Origin: Rotaria socialis
Taxonomy: Eukaryota
NCBI GenBank assembly: GCA_905331295.1
Contig: CAJNYD010000259.1
Span: 1-39,398, forward strand
Direction of reading: 5' to 3'
DNA: 39,398 bases
Part shown: positions 1 through 10,362 of the stretch, in pieces
Position numbering within the stretch: position 1 is the stretch's first letter
How the letters are laid out: each line of letters begins with the position of its first letter
The notes under the pieces: generated by a model
Told to the model about the DNA's origin: nothing
Seen by the model: only the letters and a program-made list of their open reading frames with translations
Databases searched by the model: none
Position numbers and translations under genes: made by a program

Positions 1-55
1 AAAAGCACTGTAAAACGATTAATTCATGTGATTTATGAAGATAATAACAATATCA

Positions 56-131
56 AGCAATGTATGGCTCAGCGCAAGTTATGTTCGGCTTGTAATCAAA
101 TGTTCATGGGTTCAAATCTTGGTTCACGCTA
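56..131 (+). other. Degenerate tRNA-like sequence (tRNA pseudogene or head of a tRNA-derived SINE)
   Basis: A-box-like TGGCTCAGCG (~65), anticodon-loop-like CTTGTAA (~89) and B-box-like GGTTCAAATC (~109) at tRNA-like spacing; stems pair poorly. Confidence 0.3.
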
Positions 132-249
132 TCGTTAGAAAATTACCACTCTGTTGATCATGGTATATGGGTGTGATATCATAGCTTAATATGATGTGTC
201 GGCTCAATTCTGACACAGGGTGATGATAATTTTTAATTTTTTTGGGGGA

Positions 250-539
250 AAAACGTAAACGCGTTCTAACGCATCTGTATCCAGACGCGTCTAGACGTGC
301 TTACTTTTGGATTCGTTCTCACGCTTGAAAATGATGCATTTTGGACGGGCACTAAAGCATCCTCAAATTCAAACGACTTATGATATGTTTAGATACTGAG
401 CGAGTGTAGACGCGTCAGATTACCTTGGACGCGTCTGCACCCCCGAAAATGTTGCATTCTAGATGCGTCCTGATGCGTGAAGTGCCATCATTCACAAACG
501 CTCAGAGACGCACTACGACTCGAAAAAAAGTTACATGGG
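250..539. mobile_element. Truncated non-autonomous DNA transposon (right end) rich in GACGCGTC/TCTAGA palindromes
   Basis: GC-rich island with repeated GACGCGTC-like motifs, ending GTTACATGGG (539), similar to the GTGACATGGG right end of the MITE at 7691-7836; no matching left end seen. Confidence 0.45.
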
Positions 540-709
540 ATGTTACTTATAAAATTCACCTAAAAAATAATTAAAATAAGACATTTTTTACAATTCATTC
601 AATACCCGACTTTATATCTGATATTTAATTTTACTCTTCTGTCAAATTAATTATAATTAATTATTCTTTTGTTTTGTAAATATAGAAAATATTAGTTCTT
701 CACTACTTA

Positions 710-2930
710 CATATGTTCGTTGATTGTCCCAATTAAATTGAGAGCTGTCCACAATATGGGCAAGTTTAGAATGATTTGCAAAAAATAATGCTCGGTCAGT
801 TGCTAATATAGAATGTCGAATTTCATCTAAGATTTGTCGATATTCTTTTGATGTAAAGTGTTTAAATATATTATGACTATCCGTCTAAAAGAAAAATATA
901 AATTTATTTACTAAATGTAATATGGTCATTGTTTGATTAAAATGATGTCGTTGCATAATTGATATGGAATAAATAGAAGCAAAAGTTGAATCACATTTAA
1001 TTATATATTCATTTATTTGTTTTAGCACGTTGATCATGACAAAGAAAAGCAAAAAGCAAAGCAATGCACCATAATAAATACTGATTTCTATTATCAAAGA
1101 AAATATTTCATTCATAAACAATCAATCCGATTTGAATACAGAGATTTATTGGTCAAGTCGCGGTCATTGAGTGCAAAATCAAATGAAAACTCCCTGAAAA
1201 ACAACTTTTATGAAGATTAGATTTAGAAAATTTTCTATAGAAAGTATTGACATCCGCCTAGAAACAAAGTTCGATCACATAAATTCTATGTTACGAAATA
1301 AATAATCTCTAATTGGATATTTTTATTCGTTGCTATTGATATCAATACTATTGAATATTAAGTTATCGTTTGAATAGGAACTTCCTTTTTAATACTTAAA
1401 AAAACTTGATTAGGTGTAAATTTATGCTTGGTTTGTTTTATCACAGTATAAATTGCATGCATAACACTAAATGCATGCGGCCAATTATGATAAGGAACAT
1501 TCCGATCATTTTTTCGTACAGTTAATACAAATTTTATTAAACATTCTATATCAAATCTTAATAGACGAAAGAAAACAATGCTCACAAACCAATTGATTAA
1601 TGGATAAACATGATTGATATTATTTACCTATTTATATTTGATGGGTCAATGTGAATTAAATCATTAAGTATATAAAAGACATAAATAGTTTTTTCTATCA
1701 TTAGCAACATTCCATGAAAAAAAATTCCATTCTCGAGTCTCTGGAATGTTGCTTGGAAGTATTTCAGTTTACTAACGTTCATAATCTTTATCGCTACATG
1801 AGACATAACAAGATAAAATTTCAGGAGTAATTTTGTATTTTTGTTCGGAACGACGTATACAATAATGAAATTATGCATAATGTAAAACTATAAAAATAAA
1901 AAGAGAAAACAATACTATCAAAGTTTAAGTTTATTAATACCATAAATTCCTCGGGTGATTTTCTTTGGCTCTGTAATCTGTAATTTTCATAGACTTCTAT
2001 TTCATTTAAACAAAGAAAAACAACAAGAATTGTTTAAATAATCAGAAAAATCTCTTGAAATAATGTTTGTTATCATCAACGATTTGATAAAAGAAGAATA
2101 TAATATATAAATAAAAATTTTCAAAGTCTACAATAAACAGCAAATGTTTCAAATGATTCTTCACCACTTTTAATGAAGTGTTCATTTTCTTTTATTGATT
2201 ATTTGAACAACATCAATACATTTCTTTGTATCATAATAGGCATACATAATAATATTTTTGTTTTATAACCAGTTCCTTTATCAGCATCTCTATTAAAGTT
2301 TTTCCTGTTGTTGCAACATAAACAGCTATGCCTTTTTGCATAGGAAAACATATAGTTGTACGTTCATCGCTTGTTGTTTGTTTTTGTGTCCGTAAATTTT
2401 TATCGGTAAGAAGCAAAGAATCAAATGCATCATTTTCTTCATGTCCGATATCAAATATTCGTGCGTCAAGTTGTTTTTGTACGAGAATCAATCATAAATA
2501 AAGAAACATAATTGGCATTCATCAATTCATTTACATATCTCATTATTTTAAGCATAAACAACCTCATACTAACAAGATCAAGAAAAACTGATCTAATCAC
2601 GACCAACAGGAGACGATTAAAGTGTCATTCACGTGTCATTGAATAATAAAACTAGAAGTTAATGAAAAAAAAGATAGAACCATAAATTCATAATTATCTT
2701 TATTATGTTGTTTTTCTTTTTTATTATAAAACTCAATGAATTTCCAAAGCGTAAAGGTTGAACAGAGAAAAACAACAAGGATAAATAATCAAGTAGCGTA
2801 TCTATTTAACATGTAACAATTCATTAATTTGAAATACAATCACAGCAAACCAACATCAGCGCTACGAAAAATGCCATAAAAATGTTTGCTCATTCATCGT
2901 GTTGAAAATATCTTATTTTCTTCGATGAGT
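710..2930 (-). pseudogene. GAF-domain cyclic nucleotide phosphodiesterase (PDE10A-like) pseudogene
   Basis: GAF-B pieces (KIMRYVNELMNANYVSLFMID, RIFDIG, FPMQKGIAVYVATTGKTL, GYKTKILLCMPI) and catalytic motifs (RNVPYHNWPHAF, FLCHD, MQRHHFNQTMTIL, HNIFKHF...ILATD). Frameshifts near 2475 and 2290; the HDLDHRG motif is shortened to HDQRA. Ends approximate. Confidence 0.85.
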
Positions 2931-3013
2931 GAACTGAATCCTTGCCCTATATATTTAATGTTCGATAGATAAAATATTCACAAAAAAATGCATCGGAAAT
3001 CGAGCAAATTACC

Positions 3014-3055
3014 CAGTGGCGGATTTAGGAGGAAGGCGCTTGGGGCGATCGCCTC
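3014..3055 (+). mobile_element. Orphan hAT-like terminal sequence
   Basis: CAGTGGCGGATTTAGGAGG... resembles termini of non-autonomous hAT elements; no partner TIR found. Confidence 0.35.
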
Positions 3056-3080
3056 AACTCGACGAGAATACATCCTATTA

Positions 3081-4062
3081 CGCAATGTTGAACATTCCGG
3101 AACCAGTTCCGCTCACGGAACCAATTCCCTCTAATTCCCGAAATTCCATTTATCACTTCCAACAGAATTCCGGAATTCCCGGAATCACTGCCGACCAATT
3201 CCATCTAATTCCCGGAATTCCGTTTATCAATTCCGATTCAATTCCGGAATTACACGGAATTCAAACGGATTCCGCCTAATTCCCCCCGGTTCCGGAATTC
3301 ACCGCACTTACACCAACATCCACACCCACACTTGTCGCAACACCCACACTAACACCAACACTTATGCTAACACCCACACAGACACCCACACTTATGGCAA
3401 CACCCACACTGACACCCACACCATGCAATTCCGGTACGGAATTCCGGGAATTAGGTCGAACAGGAATTGAACGGAATCACATGGAATTACACGGAATTCC
3501 TAGGAATTCCCACCGATTCCGTATTGACCTAATTCCGGAATTCCGGACCGGAATCGGTTCATCACGAAATGGATAAGACAAGCTAGAAGAGTGATACAAG
3601 TTGTAATTCCGGAATTCCTTGCGATTCCGGAATTGAGTGATCAATGGACACTTGATGTATCTTATAGCTCGGTGACGAATGCAATTCCGGTACGGAATTC
3701 CGGGAATTAGGTCGAACAGGAATTGAACGGAATTACACGGAATTCCGGGAATTAGGTCGAACAGGAATTGAACGGAATCACATGGAATTCCTGGTAATTC
3801 CGTCTAATTCCCACCGTTTCCGTATTGAGCTAATTCCGGAATTGGACTGAATTCCGTGGAATTCCGGGAATCGGACGAACTAATTCCGGAATCGAACGAA
3901 GCAGTTCCGGAATCGGGCGAAGCAGTTCCGGAATTGGAGGAACTAATTCCGGAATCAGATGAACCAGTTCCGGAATCGGACAGTGTTCATATTTGACCTA
4001 ATTCCGGAATCGACGGAACTGATTCCGGGGGCGGAACTGGTTCGGGAATGTTCAACATTGCG
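3081..4062. mobile_element. Foldback-like non-autonomous element with 32-bp TIRs and CCGGAATTCCGG palindromic internal repeats
   Basis: 3081-3112 CGCAATGTTGAACATTCCGGAACCAGTTCCGC is the reverse complement of 4031-4062 with one mismatch. Interior is GGAATTCC repeats, a duplicated block (~3423 and ~3679) and an ACACCC-rich spacer. Confidence 0.85.
3305..3422. repeat. ~30-bp tandem repeat built from ACACCC/CCCACA hexamers
   Basis: About 3-4 copies of an ACACCCACACTNACACCCACACTTATGGCA-like unit inside the foldback element. Confidence 0.7.
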
Positions 4063-5162
4063 GAATTGAATGACTGCTCTTTTATTCATGTTGATGATAT
4101 GATTTATTGGGCACTACCTAGTAGTGACTTACAATTCATTTGTGCATTGACATTTCAGATTCATGGAAGCATTCAAGTAAAAAACGGCATACTTTAAAGG
4201 GTAAAGTTGAACATTATTTAGAATCAATGTTGTCATATTCTCATATTAAATTTTTCGCGTGTTTAGATTTGAATAGCTACAAAGAATAGTCACAACGTGA
4301 CGGATGGTTTATATATGAATGAAATTTCCATACAGAGAAAAATAAATACTTTGCTTCAATTGCAAAGCATTGAATGAAAAAAAAATAAACATTTCAGTAA
4401 ATAATCGGAATCAGGCTTTGCATTTTCTATCAAAGAATTAGAGGATGCGGATGTGAGTCTAAGACATGAACTGGTACCGTCACCTCACACACTCTGAAGA
4501 TAATGGCAGATTCTTTTGTTAAAGTAGAACAATATTTTTGAAGTTCGGCTCTGTATCTCTGAATCTTCATATATTTGCTATTCTGTTACGGGCCCGACAA
4601 AAAACGTAGAGTTCACTTGTTTTCGTTGTATACTTAAAAACTGACTAACAATGCTGTTTTCATCACAAAAAAATACATAGAGGTCGCTCTTTTATGTGCC
4701 GGCACTGACAATTTTTTACCAATTCTGTTCCACTCGACAGCTAACTATGCGCTCTACAGTGATAAGTTTGGTCAGAATAACGATATGATACTGCTTGTAA
4801 GGGCATATTCGTCGCTGTTCTTTTCTATGTCCCTAGAGCAGTTTTCATCTGGATGTACAAGGTTGTGAATGTTTTTTTGCATCTGTTTTTGCATGGTAAT
4901 ATGATTAAAATCAATTCATGATGAATAATTTCAAGGTCTTCCTTCTGTCGTATATGTTGGATGTACAATGGTAATAACCACTAACATTTTCTAGGTTATT
5001 TATCATGATCAGGTTTTATTATTATTCATTTCCTAATGAGATCGATTTAAGCGTATATAGATATATAAACAGAACATATAAACATTTGACTTGCTGTCTT
5101 TTTTGAAAATTATTTTACTTCTACTGATTTTGAAGTATTTTATAATTTTAGTTTAGATATTT

Positions 5163-5251
5163 CCCTAATCCACTCCCCTCCCCCCCGACTACTCCCTGGG
5201 GAGTCCTTGTCGTGAATCCCCAGGGATTCTTCTAGGGAGAGTTGACTAGGG
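5163..5251. mobile_element. Tiny degenerate CCC...GGG MITE with possible TT target duplication
   Basis: CCCTAATCCACTCCCC imperfectly pairs with GGGAGAGTTGACTAGGG; TT on both flanks; internal imperfect hairpin. Confidence 0.4.
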
Positions 5252-6210
5252 TTATCATCTCGAGAAATTATGTGAGTAAGACTTATTTGACAGTGAAGAC
5301 CTCTGTTATATCAGGCACCAAAGTCATGCTATAAATCTCTACATTGTGTTTGCATCCTTTCGTTCTGTTAGTTTTGGATACAGTATACTATATTCTTTCG
5401 TTCGTTCGCTCTTTCTACTGTGCTTGATCCATGGCTAACGTTTTTCTTTCTCTTGTTCTATTCCATTTTGATTGCTATTCTCCTCGGATTTTTCATTCGT
5501 GAAAAATTTTCTCTTCTTCATTTTGTGTGTAGCATTCGTTGGGTTACTAAGTGAGCGCCCGAACAGATTTAGCGTTTTGCATATGTATAGCCTTGAATTT
5601 CACTCATCAACGTATTCAGACTTAGCAGCTTTAATTATGGCTTATTCTTCGAAAACTTTTCTAATGCTATATACTACTAGAGATAGTACTTGTATTTGCG
5701 ACATGACTGTGCTTGAGATGAGAGGTCATTTCATTCCTCCGTTTTGTTTTGTATAGTTGCACCGTATATGAGACAGCGGTACTGAAGGACTTCAAATGAG
5801 AGTTCTATTATGGGCATAAAATCTGAAAAGACGACAAGCGTTGGGGTCAATACTTTTTCCTTATACAGTAAAATTAATATGCAGAAAAACTAACAGCACA
5901 TAATATAATTTTACATATTAGGACATGGACTAGAATTTTAGGATGACGTATCAGATTTAACAAGGGAATATCTATGTAAAAAGTAGTGAAAAGCGATCTC
6001 TCTTGCAGATGCACCTTTCTCGTGTTAATATAGTTCTTCACTGTAGAAAAGTCGGAAGGCACATCGCTCTCGAGAGATAGTGAAGTATAAAAAAATTCTC
6101 ATTCCACTTTGAGGTGTTCAACATTCACTACAAACCCTATCCAAATTAGATTTAATACACAATTTATTTTTTTAGCCTTTAGTTAATTTTGACAAATTTT
6201 CATAACAGCA

Positions 6211-7003
6211 ATGTCAAACACTATTCGCATAATATTACTCATTGTATCGATTGCAGTGACTATTATTTTATTTATCTATCATTTGCTATTGTATTACAAA
6301 TTTATGAAAAAAGGCAACTACCAGTATGCAAATATTAATGATCAAATGTATAAAGTGGTAAAAGAAGGATTTCATATAAGTAATTGCACAAATAATGGTA
6401 CAGTGTATAGTTATGGTGAAATCGATTGGCTTATTAAGCGTAGTAAAGAACATTTTTTTTTTATTTTGCTTTTGGGGAGCATTACTTTTGGCATTGATTT
6501 GTAGTATATTTGGTACAATTCTAGAATATATGTTTAGACAAAATATGAATTGTTGTAATAAGTTCTTACGAAGTTTAAGATCAACTGTCTATAAAAGTTC
6601 AATTAGTATCCCAGTTATCGTTCTATTTGCGTTTGATTATGCAAGACCATGCCTAGAACTACAACAAACAACATTTATGCTGTTTTCGAATGCATTTACG
6701 TACATAACGGTTGCAATTCAATTCCCCGTTCTTATTGTTGTTTTTATTGATGTTATGTATGAATTCTGTACTTGGAGACCTAATGCAACTTACATTCTGG
6801 TAAAAGGTTCTATCAAAGATCAACCTATTTGTCAAAAAATAATCTGCTCTATTTTATATTCATTTTTATTTCTTGTTGTTAGCAGCGGTATTCTATTATC
6901 GTTTTTAATATATTTGGAATTATTATTTCTTATTGAAATTACGCATCTGCTACTAGTTGGGTTTAATATATCATTAAGTATCTTGAGTATATGGACCACT
7001 TAA
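6211..7003 (+). pseudogene. Intronless multi-pass membrane protein gene split by a frameshift (pseudogene or sequencing error)
   Basis: ORFs 6211-6504 and 6395-7003 join in frame if one T is removed from the T10 run at 6453-6462; several hydrophobic segments; family not recognised. Confidence 0.55.
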
Positions 7004-7223
7004 TGGATATTATTTCAAGAAAAGTTCTGTGGTAGAATCAAGCGTCTCTAAACAGTGGAAGCGAAAAATATACTGGAACTGAAATTTTTCAATTGAACAC
7101 TATGAAAAACTCGAATCGAAATTATGAGTAATTTTCTTTCGTCAAATTCATATTGTTCACTGAATAAAATAGCATCATAGTTGTCGTTGCTTGTGAAACA
7201 AATGGACTGAGCATGTTTATATG

Positions 7224-7485
7224 TTGAGGGTGTGGGTGAGAGGTATGTGGATCAGAGATGCCAGATGTTGCGGATTTTAGCCATTTTTTATTTCAGTTTT
7301 ATTTCATCCGTTTTAGCATTCTAAATTGTGAATAATTCGGCAGAGATTTAATATTTTCCTCTATTGGTCATCTTACACGTTCAATTGTTATTTATTTCGC
7401 GTTGGATATAGTTTCTCTTCTCTTCTGATGTGGGTGGGATATGGATGTGACTGTATTTTTAACTCAACCACACTCACACCCTCAA
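7224..7485. mobile_element. Putative small TIR element with TGAGGG/TGTGGG-type termini
   Basis: TTGAGGGTGTGGGTG (7224-7238) vs CACTCACACCCTCAA (7471-7485): 15-bp inverted repeat, one mismatch; no TSD seen. Confidence 0.4.
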
Positions 7486-7690
7486 GTTGTTGTTATCCAA
7501 ACAATAACAATAACAAAAAAAGTTATTTACGATTTCTCAAAATATTTACGCCTGGTTCCTATATCAAATGGCCATAAAGATACTGTATGAATAAAGTAAT
7601 TTTTTGACGTAGACACAATCTATATGCATACACTTCTTTCATAAGTGTTTTTGAATAAAAAAGTGAATGCTATTGTTATAACAACATTTC

Positions 7691-7836
7691 CCCATGTCAC
7701 CCCGTGCGTTTTGGTGCGCGTAGGAACGTCACGTACGTACGCGCATGGTGGCGCACGTATCGGCGCCCATACCCGTACGCGCACCAAGTGCGCACAACGT
7801 TACGTGCGCGCACCAAAACGCACGGAGTGACATGGG
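7691..7836. mobile_element. 146-bp MITE with CCC termini and 2-bp TSD (CACTA/CMC-like)
   Basis: 30-bp TIR CCCATGTCACCCCGTGCGTTTTGGTGCGCG / CGCGCACCAAAACGCACGGAGTGACATGGG (one mismatch); TC on both flanks; CpG-rich palindromic interior. Confidence 0.85.
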
Positions 7837-8411
7837 TCGACAGTCGTACAAACATCCACATCCGTACTATATGGCATCGTACAGTTACTCCCTCTGTTGA
7901 ATTGAACGCGGACGTTTATGATAATTTGTTTTTGAAATATATTGTTATTATTGAATAGTAACGGTTATCTCTGGTGTTTCTCTTCTTAATCACTAGCTTA
8001 TCTATGAATTATCGTTGACAGTTTTCTGATTCATTTTCGAAAATTTTCCTTTTTTCTTTCATGATACAAAACAACGCACTTTATGTGCATTTCTAAACAG
8101 GTTCTATTTCAATCTTATTGGCGGGAGAATTTCTTTTTTTATTTTAGAAAACATGAATCCAACTACTGTACACGTTTATTCTTAACAAAACGATAAGCAG
8201 CTGCAACAAAAGACAGAATGTAATTGTACATTACTTGCTCAAGAGAGAGAGAGAGAGTATGAGTAGTTGTTTGATTACTTTGTTGTACACTACGTACTAT
8301 TGATTTAGTATATCGCCCTAGTAACTCGGAAATCGACTTTTTTTCTGAAGATCCTGAAATAGCTCGCGATTTAAATACTTAGCTCTTTTTTTTCTAACAG
8401 GTTCAACATTA

Positions 8412-8620
8412 ATGTCGTTGGCTTATGAACTATTTGATTTTATTCTTATTTATTTATCACCTTGTGATATCGTAGAATCGTTAACTAGTATAAATAAACG
8501 ACTGGACTTACTTATATATCCATTTATACATCGAATTGATGTATCAAAAAAGAAACTAGAATGGTTAAAAAAGCATTTATTATCCATTAAACCTTTGATA
8601 ACACACATTCAAATTCAGTT
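8412..8620 (+). pseudogene. F-box-like N-terminal gene fragment, truncated
   Basis: MSLAYELFDFILIYLSPCDIVESLTSINKRLDLLIY fits an F-box-like pattern (L..E.F..I..YL...D....L...N.R...LI); the frame then runs into TE-like sequence. Confidence 0.5.
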
Positions 8621-9035
8621 TCATTGCATCCAGAATGATCGAAAACCTAGTTATTTCTCGATAATATTAGAAATACTGAAACTTGAAAAAAACATTAATA
8701 CGTATTTTTAGCATTTTTGACAATTAGTGTAAGACGTATAAGTTTTGAACGAAATTAGATAAAAATTTCGGGTTTGTGTAGAATTGTAGATCTCGAGTAG
8801 GGGAATCTAATGCACTCAATATAATTGAAATTATACATATTGTTTATATCACTTTCAATGCTTCATTGATTTTCACTGCCTGCTTATCAAACTTATGAAT
8901 TGAAGAAATTGCTATTATATAGAAAGATGCAGAATAGCAGCCTCTATCTAATGGTGAAAACCGCAGATCGATAGCTATCATCGTTCAAAAGTTATTCAAA
9001 AACCAATCACTTTTCTTTTAATTTGAAATGGACAT
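8620..9035. mobile_element. Degraded DNA-transposon remnant
   Basis: 15-bp inverted repeat 8738-8752 / 8981-8995 (ATAAGTTTTGAACGA vs TCGTTCAAAAGTTAT) and a CTATCTAATGGTGAAAACCGC motif reminiscent of TE subterminal sequences; boundaries uncertain. Confidence 0.3.
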
Positions 9036-10173
9036 TAGTATATGTTTATGCTAAAACCGATCGTCTTGCTGATCTTGAAGAATTTATTTCAGCACCAAAT
9101 CATGTTCAAATTCAAGCAGTAAGAAAATTGTAATCTGAATCTTGTTCATAACATTAAGATTTTTAGTTATTTATTGATTATTCTCGAGAAAAAAGATTAT
9201 TTTCTTATATTGTCCTATTCAAATTCGAAGGATAAATACTCGATCGAGTCTGAATTTGAACCTGAACTCGCAACTCATCTATCATCGAATAATTTCTCTA
9301 GATTAAATATTGTTATTTAATTAAAAACTTTTAGATTGGTGATCGACGTTATGAACAAGGAATGTATAATACTGCTAAACTTCTTTATAATAATATATCA
9401 AATTATGCCAGATTGGCAGCTACATTAGGTGATTTTCAACGTGCAGTTGATCGTGCACATCAAGCTAATTCAATAAAAACATGGAAAGATGTATGATATT
9501 TATATAAATTAAAATAATAAATATATATATATATTTTTTTTTTCTTCTTTTAAATAGATTTGTTTTATTTTTATTGATAAAAATGAATTTCGTTTAGCAC
9601 AAATGTGTGGTATACAAATAGTTGTATATGCTGAAGAACTTGAAGAATTAATAAATTATGATTAAAATCGTGGATATTTTGATGAATTAATACAATTATT
9701 TGAAGCAGCATTTAGCCATGCACGTGCACATATTGGCATGTTTACTGAATTAGCTATACTTTATTCGATATATAAACAACAAAAAATGCGTGAACATTTA
9801 GAATTATTTTGGTCACATATTAGAAAACCAAAAGTAAATAAATCGTTTTATTTGTTTACTTTTAAATTAAATCTTTTTGTTGTTCTAAGGTTTTACGTGC
9901 ATGTGAACAAGTACATCTTTGGTCTGAACTTGTTTTTCTTTATGATAAATATGAAGAATTTGATAATGCTATTTTAACAATGATGTCACATCCATCAGAA
10001 GCATGGCGTGAAAATCATTTTAAATATATAATTAATAAAGTAGCTAATGTTGAATTATATTATAAATCAATTGATTTATTATTTGGAATTTAAACCAATG
10101 TTAATAAATGATGTATTAATTATATTATCACCACGTCTTGATTATACACGTGCAGTTAATTATTTTATAAAAG
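9036..10173 (+). pseudogene. CLTC: Clathrin heavy chain internal fragment, unprocessed pseudogene
   Basis: Four exon remnants (~9036-9118, 9335-9490, 9558-9833, 9890-10173) encode [60 protein letters not shown]...[11 protein letters not shown] and [10 protein letters not shown]...[14 protein letters not shown]. In-frame TAA at 9663-9665 and a +1 frameshift near 10075. Confidence 0.93.
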
Positions 10174-10362
10174 GTTAGTTGAATTGTTTAATAACAATTT
10201 ATATTTATGTTTGAATCTGCACTTCGGTATCTTTGATATTTATATTCTCTTTATGTAAATCTCAGTCGTTTATAATAAGTGCAAAAGAAAATAAAATATT
10301 TTCTGTCCTTTGCAACGTTCGATTATTTTAATTTAGAATAATCATGAATTGTGACAGATATA

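Noticed and set aside
3016..3576. ORFs 3016-3279 and 3364-3576
   Set aside because: Translations of palindromic and tandem repeats inside the foldback element.
3870..4030. Regularly spaced TTCCGGAATC units resembling a CRISPR array
   Set aside because: Units are ~20-bp tandem copies without unique spacers; eukaryotic context; no cas genes.
4400..6060. Possible decayed retroelement or transposase coding sequence, including ORFs 5472-5756 and 5874-6062
   Set aside because: No recognisable motif in the frames examined; many stops.
7645..7958. Two overlapping Arg-rich ORFs
   Set aside because: Created by the GC-rich MITE at 7691-7836.
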